NCBI RefSeq assembly: GCF_021246445.1
Contig: NZ_JAJQXW010000002.1
Coordinates: forward strand, 186,001-250,000
Direction of reading: 5' to 3'
DNA: 64,000 nt
Origin: Rhabdothermincola salaria
GTDB taxonomy: Bacteria; Actinomycetota; Acidimicrobiia; Acidimicrobiales; Acidimicrobilacustridaceae
The translations under genes were made by a program, and so were the position numbers. Under the pieces are notes generated by a model that saw only the letters and a program-made list of their open reading frames with translations, had not been told where the DNA came from and made no database searches. Positions 39,391-48,999 of this stretch are shown here, piece after piece. Within the stretch, counting starts at the first letter, position 1. The number at the start of each line of letters is the position of its first letter.

Positions 39391-39609
39391 CTAGGTATGG
39401 CCTCGACCATCGCTGGCCTCGCCGGCCACGAGAGCGTCTAAGTCCTTGGCGCGGATCAATGTCCTGCCCCCCACCTTGATCCTCTCCAGCTTCCCGGCGG
39501 TGAGCTGCCGGTAGACCGTGACCTCGGTGACTCGGAGGAGTTCCGCCACCTCCTTGACCGTCAGCAGCGACGGCAGCTCTCCGAAGACGGGCGAGGCGAT
39601 CTTGTTCAT
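39391..39609 (-). CDS. Excisionase-family HTH protein
   Basis: LLTVKEVAELLRVTEVTVYRQL..GKL..IKVG; overlaps the integrase stop. Confidence 0.85.
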   Translation of the reverse strand: MNKIASPVFGELPSLLTVKEVAELLRVTEVTVYRQLTAGKLERIKVGGRTLIRAKDLDALVAGEASDGRGHT

Positions 39610-40715
39610 GTCCGACCTCCTAGTTGCTTGTTCATCGCCTCGAAGACCTGGACGGGTGGCAACTGGAGGTGGCCGTAGACGTCGTAGGTGATCGCAACGC
39701 TGGAATGGCCCAGTACCTGGGCGACGAACTGCAGAGAGACGTCACCCTCCATGAGCAGCGTGGCGCAGGTGTGCCGCAACTCGTGGGGCGACCATTGGCC
39801 GATGCCAGCCTCTCGACACGCCTTGGTGAACAGCCGTCGGTGGTTGTCCTGACACCACGGGGTGCCGATCTCCGATGGGAAAACGAGATCGAGGTCCTGC
39901 CAAGCCTCGTCGAGGTATCCCCTCCGCAGGTCCTGCTCTGTTCGATGCTGCCGAAGTGCCTCGACGGTTCGGGGGATGAGACCCACCTGGCGGCGGCCAG
40001 CGTCGGTCTTCGACTTCAGGATCCTGAACGACGGTCGATCCCCATCGAGCACGACGTCGGCCCAACGAAGAGCCAACAGCTCGCCCGGCCGCACCCCGGT
40101 CGTCGCCCCGAAGATGATGGGGGCATACAGCCGGGTCCCCCGTACATGGTCGAGGAGCGTCTCCACCTCAGCAGCCGTCATGGCCCGACGGGTACGCCGA
40201 GGTTTGGCGTCGGGCATGTGAGCCCTCTCGACGGGGTTGCGCGGAATGATCTCCTGATCGACAGCAAACGCACACAGCCGGCCGAGAGAACCCTTAGCGA
40301 GGCGGATCGTGTCCTTGGCGAGACCCCTCTCGGCCATGGTGATCAGTCCGGCCTCGACGTCACGCGCCTTCAGTGACGCCAGCTTCCGGGGGCCCCACAA
40401 CGGCAGAACGTAGCGACCCAGGATGTCCTCGTAGCCCGCCTTCGTCTTGGGGGCCAGGCGGGCGTTGTGTACCCGATGTCGCAGATAGGGCTCGGCCAGT
40501 TGCGCCACCGTGACGTCGGGGTCGTACTGCCCGGCGCCATCGGCCTGAGCCTTGAGGAAGGCCGCCAGCTTGGCCTGCGCCTCGGCCCGCGTCCGGCCGT
40601 GGAACGTCTTGCGCCGCCGTCTCCCGTCCGCCGTCTCGTAGTAGGGACTCTGAGCCCTCCAGCGCCCGTCCCCCATCTTGAACACGGTTCCTTCGCCATC
40701 ACCACGCTTTGCCAC
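39606..40715 (-). CDS. Tyrosine recombinase / integrase, apparently intact
   Basis: MAKRGDGEGTV; TGVRPGELLALRW, KSKT, HELRHT, LGHSS..TYDVY. Confidence 0.95.
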   Translation of the reverse strand: MAKRGDGEGTVFKMGDGRWRAQSPYYETADGRRRRKTFHGRTRAEAQAKLAAFLKAQADGAGQYDPDVTVAQLAEPYLRHRVHNARLAPKTKAGYEDILGRYVLPLWGPRKLASLKARDVEAGLITMAERGLAKDTIRLAKGSLGRLCAFAVDQEIIPRNPVERAHMPDAKPRRTRRAMTAAEVETLLDHVRGTRLYAPIIFGATTGVRPGELLALRWADVVLDGDRPSFRILKSKTDAGRRQVGLIPRTVEALRQHRTEQDLRRGYLDEAWQDLDLVFPSEIGTPWCQDNHRRLFTKACREAGIGQWSPHELRHTCATLLMEGDVSLQFVAQVLGHSSVAITYDVYGHLQLPPVQVFEAMNKQLGGRT

Positions 40716-40915
40716 AGCAGAATTCTAGACCGTGAGTCTTTGGTTTCCTCGCCTCTGACGGCATGGGGCAGGAAACAGCGCCGGTGGGCAAAGCTCGTCA
40801 GCGGAGCAGCTGCCGCAACCAAGCTCTAGCGCGCACCACGTGCGCCTACGCCTCCCCGGCGACCGCTCCCAACTCGGAACACTGTCCCCTGGATCCGGCA
40901 TGCCAACATCGGGCG

Positions 40916-41533
40916 ATGACGGACTCCAAGCTGGTGAAGTCGGCAGGAGAGCACTGGGTGTGTGGCGCGCTCGCACGACTTGGATGGGCCGGAGCGCTGA
41001 CCCGGGACGGACTCGAGCGGACGGACATACTCGCCGTCCACACGGCGACCGGGCGCCTGGTCGAAGTTCAAGTCAAGACCGCCAGCCACTCCAAAAACCC
41101 GAAGTTCATGACCGGAGCGAAAGGATGTGTTCCAGCCCGTTCGGACAACGAGTGGTACGTGCTCGTTGCACTCGCCGACGTGGCTTGGGATGCCCCTCGA
41201 GCCTTCGTTGTTCCCCGTGACCATGTCGCCGCTGGGGTGTGGATCCGCCACATGGAATGGCTAACCAATCCCACGGTTCCCAAGGGTCAGCGCAACACAT
41301 CGATCACCGGAAGCCGCTCCGAGGCTTGGATCTTCGCTCGCTACGAACACCGGTGGGACCTCCTAGAGATGCCGACCACCGAAGTTGATGTGATGCTCCC
41401 ACCTCGATTCCGAACGTGGGCCCAAGATGACCGGGTGGGACTGCCAGTCGATCACCCCTGGAACGCGGATCTCCCCGACTGGGATGACGCGGAGATTCAC
41501 AAGGACTGGCCTGACTGGGCCACCCAGCCGTGA
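40916..41533 (+). CDS. PD-(D/E)XK-like endonuclease
   Basis: AGEHWVCGAL..TDILAV..VEVQVKT. Confidence 0.65.
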   Translation: MTDSKLVKSAGEHWVCGALARLGWAGALTRDGLERTDILAVHTATGRLVEVQVKTASHSKNPKFMTGAKGCVPARSDNEWYVLVALADVAWDAPRAFVVPRDHVAAGVWIRHMEWLTNPTVPKGQRNTSITGSRSEAWIFARYEHRWDLLEMPTTEVDVMLPPRFRTWAQDDRVGLPVDHPWNADLPDWDDAEIHKDWPDWATQP

Positions 41534-41936
41534 AGCGAGCCCTCCGAGCCGCTTAGCGAACCCGAACGTCAGACACCAAGGCCGGCGGAGGATCTAGCAA
41601 CTTACCGATGCCGACACTGAACCGGAGCAGCTTGAGTCCGAACTGATTCGGGCCTTCGCATCCGCGTGCGGTCGAATGCCCCAGGCAGCTGAACGCAGGG
41701 CACCGCGCCCGGGCCGGAGCCAGTCGAAGATCACCCCGCGCAGGGTGGAGGTCCAGAACTCCGACCTGAGTGGGACAAGACTACTGACCGGGGAGAGCGA
41801 GGCGTGACCTGGCCCCGGATCGAGCTGGCGAGCCACTTCTTGCCGTCCAACGTCCCCGTCGACCCGCTGAGCAGCTCCTTTTCGGGGCGCCGCGATCTCC
41901 ATCAGCATCCACATTGGTTGAGGCAGAGAGTCAGGC

Positions 41937-41959
41937 CAGGTAGCAGCAGAGGTAGCAAC
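41937..41959 (+). repeat. Putative integrase arm-binding direct repeats (right)
   Basis: CAGGTAGCAGC-A-GAGGTAGCAAC, 12-bp period. Confidence 0.55.
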
Positions 41960-42078
41960 CCTCGCCGGTTCAGCAACCCGCGAAGGGCCGGGACACCCGA
42001 CGCGAGACCGGGCATTTCCCCTGGTCAGACTGTTGAAGCCTATACACCCGCATAGGCCCGGATAGCCCTATGAAGGCT

Positions 42079-42123
42079 CTACGGATCAGAAGGTTGGGGG
42101 TTCGAGTCCCTCCGAGCGCGCCA
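42079..42123 (+). other. attR: 3' half of tRNA-Arg(ACG), from the anticodon loop to CCA
   Basis: CTACGGATCAGAAGGTTGGGGGTTCGAGTCCCTCCGAGCGCGCCA; no matching 5' half upstream. Confidence 0.9.
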
Positions 42124-42181
42124 CACCCAGTTCGAGCGAGCATCAGGCGCCATCCCTATAGGAATCCCTGTAGCTGTAGGG

Positions 42182-42379
42182 ATGACCACGACATATGGGG
42201 ATGCCGACCGACCGAGGACACGTTCGAGCCGGGGTACCGGTTCGGTCCGTGAGCGTTCTCCGGGGGTGTGGGAGATCCGGGTCGTCGTGGGGTTCGACTC
42301 GGTCCGCGGGCGCAGCATCCAGAGATCGTTCACGGTGCACGGCGACATCTGGTTCGCTCGACGTAGCGCCATCTCTTAG
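42182..42379 (+). pseudogene. N-terminal remnant of a second tyrosine integrase
   Basis: RGTGSVRERSPGVWEIRVVVGFD..GRSIQRSFTVHG then stop. Confidence 0.65.
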
Positions 42380-42496
42380 CTCTCAGCGATCGCGGTCGCC
42401 GTCTCGCCCGTGCCGACGAGGGGGTACGGTCGCAGAGCTTCGGCCGCGGAGCAGCGCCTTGCGCTGACATCCATGCCTCATGGCGAGGAGACACGA

Positions 42497-44155
42497 ATGA
42501 CGAGCGAAGGCCTGCCTCGGCGAACGGGCGGATCGATCGAGAACTACGACGTCATCGTCATCGGAGCGGGTGTGAGCGGGATGTACGCCCTGCACCATCT
42601 GCGGGAGGCGGGCTTGTCGGTGCGCGTGTACGACGGCGCGAGCGACATCGGTGGCACCTGGTGGTACAACCGCTATCCGGGTGCACGGGTCGATGGACCG
42701 GGCAGCCCCTTCTACGGCTACACGTTCGCAAACGAACTCATGGAGTGGGATTGGGCCGAGACCCAGTCTGAGCAATCTGCTGTGCTCGAGTATCTCGAGC
42801 ATGTGGCCGATCGGTTCGACCTGCGGCGCGACATCCAGTTCGAGACGTGGGTGGAGGACGCCCGGTACGACGAAGCGGCGCAGCGTTGGACGGTGGAGAC
42901 CAGCACCGGCGTGTCCGCCACCGCCCAGTTCCTGCTCTGCGCCGTGGGAGCGCTCTCGACGCCGAACATGCCCGACATCCCCGGGATCAACGACTTCGCG
43001 GGCGAGGTGCACCACACGGGGCGCTGGCCCCACGAGCCGGTGTCGTTCAGGAACAAGCGCGTCGCCGTCATCGGAACCGGCTCTTCAGGGATCCAGTCGA
43101 TCCCCGAGATCGCGCGCGAGGCGGACCACGTCACGGTGCTGCAGCGCACGGCGCAGTACGCCTTCCCGGCTGGAAACCGCCCGATCACGCCCGAGGAGAT
43201 GGCCGACGCCAGAGAGAACTTCGACGCCCTGCGCGAGCTGATGCACGCGAACGGCGGAGGCTTCCCGTTCGAGCCACGAGCACCGCGAAGCGCCCTCGAC
43301 GACACGCCTGAACAGCGACGGGCGCGCTACGAGGAGCTGTGGCAGCGCGGGGGCTTCAAGTTCTTCCTCGAGCTCTACAGCGACATCGCGGTGAACGAGG
43401 AGGCGAACGCCACGCTGGCCGACTTCGTCCGAGACAAGATCCGCGAGATCGTGCACGATCCGGCGACAGCCCAGAAGCTGATGCCCGAGTACTTCGTGAT
43501 GACCAAACGGCCGATCCTGGAGAACGGCTACTACGAGACCTTCAACCGCGACAACGTCACATTGGTCGACCTTCGCGAGGACCCCATCGAGCGCTTCACG
43601 CCGACGAGCGTCGTCACGCGCTCCGGCGAGCACCCCGTCGACCTGCTCGTGCTGGCGACCGGCTTCGACGCCATCAGCGGCTCGATGCTGCGCCTGAACC
43701 CCAAGGGACGCAGCGGGCTGAGCCTGAAGCACCGGTGGAACGAAGGGTTCCACAACTACCTCGGTCTCTCGCTCGCCGAGTTCCCGAACCTGTTCATGAT
43801 CCACGGGCCCGGTTCTCCCGGTGTCTTCTACAACATGCCGCTCGGTGCGGAGCGGCAGATCAACTGGATCGCCGAGCTGGTGCGGTTCATGCGCGAACAG
43901 GGGCTGGGAGCTGCCGAGCCCAAGCCCGAGATGGAAACGGCCTGGGGAGCCGAAGTGTCCGCGATCGCAGACGCAACGCTGTTCCCTCGTACCGACTCCT
44001 GGTGGACCGGCGCGAACATCCCCGGGAAGCCCCGCCAGTTCTCGGCGTACCTGGGTGGCACCCTCTACTACCAACGCCTCGCCGATGCAGCCACGGACTA
44101 CGCGGGGTTCGTCTTCGAGCCAGCGGCACACCAGGAGGACGCCGAAACGCCCTGA
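42497..44155 (+). CDS. Baeyer-Villiger (flavin-containing) monooxygenase
   Basis: GAGVSG, GGTWWYNRYPGARVD, FAGEVHHTGRWP fingerprint, GTGSSG, ATGF; GAGGAG RBS. Confidence 0.92.
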   Translation: MTSEGLPRRTGGSIENYDVIVIGAGVSGMYALHHLREAGLSVRVYDGASDIGGTWWYNRYPGARVDGPGSPFYGYTFANELMEWDWAETQSEQSAVLEYLEHVADRFDLRRDIQFETWVEDARYDEAAQRWTVETSTGVSATAQFLLCAVGALSTPNMPDIPGINDFAGEVHHTGRWPHEPVSFRNKRVAVIGTGSSGIQSIPEIAREADHVTVLQRTAQYAFPAGNRPITPEEMADARENFDALRELMHANGGGFPFEPRAPRSALDDTPEQRRARYEELWQRGGFKFFLELYSDIAVNEEANATLADFVRDKIREIVHDPATAQKLMPEYFVMTKRPILENGYYETFNRDNVTLVDLREDPIERFTPTSVVTRSGEHPVDLLVLATGFDAISGSMLRLNPKGRSGLSLKHRWNEGFHNYLGLSLAEFPNLFMIHGPGSPGVFYNMPLGAERQINWIAELVRFMREQGLGAAEPKPEMETAWGAEVSAIADATLFPRTDSWWTGANIPGKPRQFSAYLGGTLYYQRLADAATDYAGFVFEPAAHQEDAETP

Positions 44156-44250
44156 TCCCCCAGATCGGGAGCGCTCCGGGCAGCGATGCGAGCTGCGCGT
44201 CACTCAGCCCCACACGACTCGGCGTGTCCAGCCAGGGTCCGATCCACGGA

Positions 44251-44733
44251 TCAGGCCAGGCCTACGCTGTCCGACGGTTCGGCCAGCAGCGGCGTCGTGT
44301 GGCTCTCCCCGCAGCTGCACGGCAGTGGCGGAAGAATGACCTGGAGGAACTCGACCGGTGGGAGCTCACCGAGGCTGCCGTAGTAGTTCACCCAGCTCGC
44401 CACCAGGCCCCGCTCGAGGTGCACCGGGTGGACCGTCCCGAACGTCACCCTCCCGCCCTCGAGGTCGGCGTGGTCGCCCGCTTGGAAGCGGCGGCCGAGG
44501 CGGACGCTCTCGCCCAGCTCGTTGATGACCGCGCCGCCTACACGAGTGTCGTAACCCACGACCACCAGCTCGGGATGATCGAAGCCCGCAGACAGCCCGA
44601 TGGAATAGACGAACCCGGGTCTGTCTGGCGGCTCTCCCCACACGGCTTGCAGCACCCACCCGTGCCGCAGCACATGGCCGTGGAGGTTGAACAGGACGTC
44701 GTCGTGGCTCGCGCCTTCACACATGATGCACAT
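44251..44733 (-). CDS. DUF4262 domain protein
   Basis: MCIMCEG..HGWVLQAV..FVYSIGL..HPELVVVG. Confidence 0.75.
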   Translation of the reverse strand: MCIMCEGASHDDVLFNLHGHVLRHGWVLQAVWGEPPDRPGFVYSIGLSAGFDHPELVVVGYDTRVGGAVINELGESVRLGRRFQAGDHADLEGGRVTFGTVHPVHLERGLVASWVNYYGSLGELPPVEFLQVILPPLPCSCGESHTTPLLAEPSDSVGLA

Positions 44734-44920
44734 GAGCGAATGATGGCGAGGGGCTGTGACAGTGCCCGAGTGCCGTGCTTCGGATCCACCACGACATCCC
44801 CGAGTTCACGGCCTCCGCGTCCCTCCGAGCGGCCCGTGAGCCGCACCTGAGCCGGGTCCGTCGACCCGACTCGTTCGCAGCACCCGCCCGGGACCTGAGG
44901 TCACGCCGGTCTCGGGGGCA

Positions 44921-45265
44921 TCACGTGGTCTCGTCGCCCGTTGCGGGAGGGAACACAGGAGCCAGGAACGCGAGCAGCGTGAGGCCGTCGGTCGAGTTGT
45001 TCGTGACGCGCAGTTCCTCGTCACCCCGGTAGTGGGCCAGGTCGCCGGCCGAGAACGGCACCGGGCCGTCGGTGGTGTCGAGCTCTCCGGCTCCCTCGAC
45101 GACGTAGAGGAACAGGTCGGACTCACCGTGGGTGTGCGGCGGAAGGGACACGCCCGGACCGAGGCGGATCATCCGCACGTTCGAGTGGTCGCTCTCCATG
45201 ACGCCGACTGCGACAGCCCGTTCGGGGTCGTACTCGGCCAGTTCGGTGGGTCGGATCGTTCGCAT
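44921..45265 (-). CDS. Cupin domain protein
   Basis: LGPGVSLPPHTH..LYVVEGAG. Confidence 0.8.
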   Translation of the reverse strand: MRTIRPTELAEYDPERAVAVGVMESDHSNVRMIRLGPGVSLPPHTHGESDLFLYVVEGAGELDTTDGPVPFSAGDLAHYRGDEELRVTNNSTDGLTLLAFLAPVFPPATGDETT

Positions 45266-45412
45266 GATGGATGCCTCTTCTGTCGTGGTCGGAGATGTCG
45301 GGACCCCTCGGAGAGGGGTCCCGACAGTCGGTGGTCGGTTTCGGTGGTCGGTGGCCTCAGGTGCGAGGCGTGGGCGGAACCAAGGGCATCGGCGCCGCGT
45401 GGGCCCGACCGG

Positions 45413-45847
45413 TCATCGTTCGGCCCCGGTCGGCTTCCACATGCCGTGGCCGAGGTATCTGTTCGCCATCGCCCGCGACATCCCAGTGGCACGCTTCATG
45501 GCCAAGGTCGCCTTCGGGCCGCTCCACCCGCCGTCGACCGTGTCGATGAAGATCTGCAGCCATCGGTCGAACAGCTCCGGAGTGAAGGCGCGGTGGTCGT
45601 GCAGGTGGCGATGGCCCTCGAGCACATCGATGTCGTAGTCGGGGGCGAGGAGGATCACGTGTTGCCAGTAGTCCGCGACAGAGCCGATGTGTGCCTGCCA
45701 GTCGAGATGGTCGGGCCCGAAGGTGAAGTACGGCTCGAGCAGATCGTCCTGCACCACGTCTGCGTACTGCCGGGTCACCAGCTCGAAGATGTCGGTCGAC
45801 CGGACGGTCGGATTCGTCCCGGGCCGGTCGCTGAGGATGGTGGCCAT
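45413..45847 (-). CDS. Group III truncated hemoglobin
   Basis: DDLLEPYF..DWQAHI..YW..H..LFDRWL.IF.DTVD. Confidence 0.8.
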   Translation of the reverse strand: MATILSDRPGTNPTVRSTDIFELVTRQYADVVQDDLLEPYFTFGPDHLDWQAHIGSVADYWQHVILLAPDYDIDVLEGHRHLHDHRAFTPELFDRWLQIFIDTVDGGWSGPKATLAMKRATGMSRAMANRYLGHGMWKPTGAER

Positions 45848-46247
45848 GGGGGCCCTCCCGTTGCTGAGAGACGGCCGCCCTGGACCCGATGTCCGCCGAC
45901 AGGAGGACATCCAGCGCCAGCCAGGCGTCTCGAGGATCTGCCTACCTGCGCCACCGAGGTCCGGAGCAACGCTCCCGAACGCCGCCCGATGAACCGAGCG
46001 GGTCCAGCACGACGAAGGGTCCGACAACCGTGCCGACTCCGACGGTACCGCCGCCGCTCACTCTCCGGACCATGCCACCCGGAACCCTCGTCGTCATCTC
46101 GACACTCTTCGCCGCAACGCCTCCGGGCCGCGCCGCATGAGCTCGTCGCGATCATGGCCTCGTCGCCAACGCCGTCACGCGCAGAGACGGCGTGTGACAT
46201 CGAGCTCGGGCTCGCTCAAGAGAAGCGACGCGGGCCCGCAGCCGAGT

Positions 46248-46274
46248 GGAATGCGATGCCCGGCCACCGGGGTT
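46248..46274 (+). promoter_or_regulatory. ECF (SigR/SigH-type) promoter
   Basis: GGAAT-N18-GGTT. Confidence 0.65.
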
Positions 46275-46368
46275 CCCGGGGGCACCTCGTCGGACAGGAC
46301 CCGCACATGGCTCGAGAGAACTGGCACCTCGCACCGTCCATCGCCGTACCGCCACCGGGCGCGGCCCG

Positions 46369-47847
46369 ATGAGCCTGGTCAGCGACCACGAACGCGACGG
46401 CACCGACGTGCTCGTCGTCGGTGGTGGAGCCGGCGGACTGACCACGGCCACCCACGCGGCGCGACGGGGAGCCAAGGTGCTGCTGGTCAGCGCGGGGCCC
46501 CTCGGAGGGGACTGCACCCACACCGGGTGCGTGCCGTCGAAGACGTTGCTCGCCGCCGCCGCCGAGGGTGCCTCGTTCGACGAGGCACTGTCCCGGGTGC
46601 ACCGGACCGTCGCCCGCATCGCCGCGACCGAGGACGAGCGCACCCTCGCCCGCGCCGGCATCGGCGTGGTCCGGGGGCGAGCGCACCTCCTCGGTGACGG
46701 CGCGATCGACGTCGACGGCCACGTCCTGCGCTCGCGCCACATCGTGTTGGCCACCGGCGCCACCGCGGCCCTCCCCCCGATCCCCGGGCTGGAGGCCATC
46801 GGTGCGCTCACCAACACCACCGTGTTCGAGCGTCGCCCCCGTCCCGACCGCTTGGCGGTGGTCGGCGGTGGCGCCATCGGCTGCGAACTGGCGCAGGCCT
46901 TCGCCCGCCTGGGCACGTCGGTGACCGTGCTGGAAGGGGCCGACCGGCTGCTCCCGGGAGAGGACCCGGCCGCATCGAGCATGGTGACCGCCGCCCTCGA
47001 AGCCGACGGCGTGCGAGTCCTGACGGGCACGCGGGTCGAGTCGGCGTCGCGTCAGGACGGCGTCGCCTGTCTGCACCTGGGGAACGGCGAGGACGTCCCC
47101 GCCGACGAGGTGCTCGTGGCGACCGGTCGGCGACCTCTCTCGGAGGGACTCGGTCTCGAGGCCCTCGGCGTCGAGGTCGACGAGGGCCGCCACATCGTCG
47201 TGGACCGCACCTGCGCCACCGACGTCCCGGGCCTGTGGGCTGTCGGGGACGTGACCCAGTGGGGCGGCTTCACCCACGTCGCCGGCAACATGGGGTTCGT
47301 CGCGGCCGTGAACATCACCAAGCGCCATCGGTGGCAGCCGTCGCGGAAGGTCGAACGCCGGGTCGTCCCCCGGGTCGTGTTCACGTCCCCCGAGGTGGCC
47401 CAGGTCGGGATGACCGAGAGCGAGGCCGCCGACGTGGGCGGACGGGTCGCGGAAGTCCGTCTCGACGACGTGGACCGGGCCCTCACCGAAGGCCGGACCG
47501 GCGGCTTCGTGAAGCTGATCGCCGGCCCTCGGCCCGTGCTGGGAACGCTCGGAGGCGGCCGGATCCTCGGCGCCACGATCGTCGCCCCCCGTGCCGGGGA
47601 GCTGATCGGCGAGGTGGGACTGGCCATGAAGACCCACATGTTCACCGGCCGGCTGGCCCAGACGATGCACGCCTACCCCACCTGGTCGATGGCCCTCCAA
47701 CAGGCCGCCACCCAGTTCTTCTTCACGACCCACGGAGCCGGGGCCCGCCCCGCCAGCGCCTCCCCCACCGGTCCCCTCCCCACGGTCGACGCCACCCGTC
47801 GACGATCGCAGACGCCACCGGCACCGGCAGGCACACCGACGGCGTGA
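46369..47847 (+). CDS. Pyridine nucleotide-disulfide oxidoreductase (Lpd/MerA-like, without the MerA Cys-Cys tail)
   Basis: GGGAGG, GGDCTHTGCVPSK, GGGAIGCE, HAYPT. Confidence 0.88.
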   Translation: MSLVSDHERDGTDVLVVGGGAGGLTTATHAARRGAKVLLVSAGPLGGDCTHTGCVPSKTLLAAAAEGASFDEALSRVHRTVARIAATEDERTLARAGIGVVRGRAHLLGDGAIDVDGHVLRSRHIVLATGATAALPPIPGLEAIGALTNTTVFERRPRPDRLAVVGGGAIGCELAQAFARLGTSVTVLEGADRLLPGEDPAASSMVTAALEADGVRVLTGTRVESASRQDGVACLHLGNGEDVPADEVLVATGRRPLSEGLGLEALGVEVDEGRHIVVDRTCATDVPGLWAVGDVTQWGGFTHVAGNMGFVAAVNITKRHRWQPSRKVERRVVPRVVFTSPEVAQVGMTESEAADVGGRVAEVRLDDVDRALTEGRTGGFVKLIAGPRPVLGTLGGGRILGATIVAPRAGELIGEVGLAMKTHMFTGRLAQTMHAYPTWSMALQQAATQFFFTTHGAGARPASASPTGPLPTVDATRRRSQTPPAPAGTPTA

Positions 47848-47940
47848 CCCGCCGACGAAGGTGCCCTCGGCGACGCCGGGACAGCGCTGACCGGTGAGCT
47901 CGGCCGCCGCGGGGCGTGGCCGGAGGCGGTCGGGTGCGGG

Positions 47941-48294
47941 TCAGGCGGGTCGCACGCCGGACCGGCGGCGACGCCACCACGGCGCCGGGCGCTCCCGGCG
48001 CTCGATGCCCGCCGAGTCGGCGAGGGCGAGCACGGTCCGGGCCGCGGGGTTCACGAGGACGGTGTCACCCAGCCGGACGGTGGGGACGGTCTCGTCGCCA
48101 CCGGTCGCGGCCCGCACCACCTCGGCTCCCGACGGGTCGTGCCAGATGTCGATCTCCGTCGTCTCCAGCCCCGCTCGCCGCAGCGATCGACGCAACGACG
48201 CGCAGAACGGGCACCCCGGTCGCCAGTACACGACCAGCTCGGGGACGGCCCGGGGCCCGCGCTCGGACGGTGTCGGGGGCGGCGGCGTGGTCAC
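47941..48294 (-). CDS. Glutaredoxin/mycoredoxin-like protein
   Basis: YWRPGCPFC..ETVPTV. Confidence 0.8.
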   Translation of the reverse strand: MTTPPPPTPSERGPRAVPELVVYWRPGCPFCASLRRSLRRAGLETTEIDIWHDPSGAEVVRAATGGDETVPTVRLGDTVLVNPAARTVLALADSAGIERRERPAPWWRRRRSGVRPA

Positions 48295-48302
48295 GGGTGA
48301 GG

Positions 48303-48329
48303 AACCCCCGCCGGTGCCCACCTCATTCC
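48303..48329 (-). promoter_or_regulatory. ECF promoter, probably leaderless
   Basis: GGAAT-N18-GGTT, 8 nt before GTG 48294. Confidence 0.65.
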
Positions 48330-48347
48330 CGCCCGGCGGGGGGGGAC

Positions 48348-48956
48348 TCACAGGTGCCGCCGGGCCCAGACCCCGCGCTGGACCACGCCGACCAGCACGG
48401 CCCCGGCCATGACCGAGAAGATCAGGGGCGCGGCCGACGGGAACGCCAGGAAGACCGTGAACACCACGATGGTCTCGGCCCCCTCGACGAGTGCCGGTGG
48501 CATGGTGATCGACGTCAGCTCGCCGGTGCTCGCCGCACCGGCCGCCCGCTTCTCCGCCAGCGCCGACAGGTAGGTCCACGAGATGGTGTTGACGTAGAAG
48601 GCGGCCAGCATGACCGCGAGCGAGATCCAGCCCGCCCGGGTGTCGAGCCACAACGCCACCCCGATCGGCACGAGCGCGTAGCCGACGGTGTCGAGGACCA
48701 TGTCGAGGTACCCGCCCAGGTCGGTCGCCCCACCCCGGGCCCGGGCCACGGCGCCGTCGAGCCCGTCGAGCAACCGGCTGGCCAGCCAGGCCGCCACCGC
48801 GAGCCAGGCCAGCCCGGCCCAGGCGGCACTGGCGGCGGCCACGGTGAGGACGAACGCGGCGGCGGTGACCGCACCCGGCCCGATGATGCGCCCGACCCGA
48901 GAGGCCAGCGGCCCGACCAGCGCCTCGTTGGTGCGGCGGAGCCGCTGGTCGAACAT
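48348..48956 (-). CDS. CDP-alcohol phosphatidyltransferase family (YnjF-like)
   Basis: LLDGLDGAVAR..TDLGGYLDMVLD; LVEGAET. Confidence 0.9.
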   Translation of the reverse strand: MFDQRLRRTNEALVGPLASRVGRIIGPGAVTAAAFVLTVAAASAAWAGLAWLAVAAWLASRLLDGLDGAVARARGGATDLGGYLDMVLDTVGYALVPIGVALWLDTRAGWISLAVMLAAFYVNTISWTYLSALAEKRAAGAASTGELTSITMPPALVEGAETIVVFTVFLAFPSAAPLIFSVMAGAVLVGVVQRGVWARRHL

Positions 48957-48999
48957 CAGCCCAGTGTCGCCGACGTCGGACTCGCGAGCGCCGGCTCGG

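Larger units (their letters stand above)
32231..42123. mobile_element. Integrative element of about 9.9 kb (tyrosine integrase + excisionase) at tRNA-Arg(ACG)
   Basis: att-like ends, paired arm-type repeats inside both ends, int and xis genes. Confidence 0.55.

Noticed and set aside
41590..41720. Small gene resembling a GIY-YIG C-terminus (LESELIRAF..GRMP)
   Set aside because: Too short and lacks a start or supporting motifs; at most a remnant.
42048..42123. Complete tRNA-Arg gene
   Set aside because: Upstream sequence cannot form the acceptor stem or the 5' anticodon stem; only the 3' half is present, so it is called an att site.
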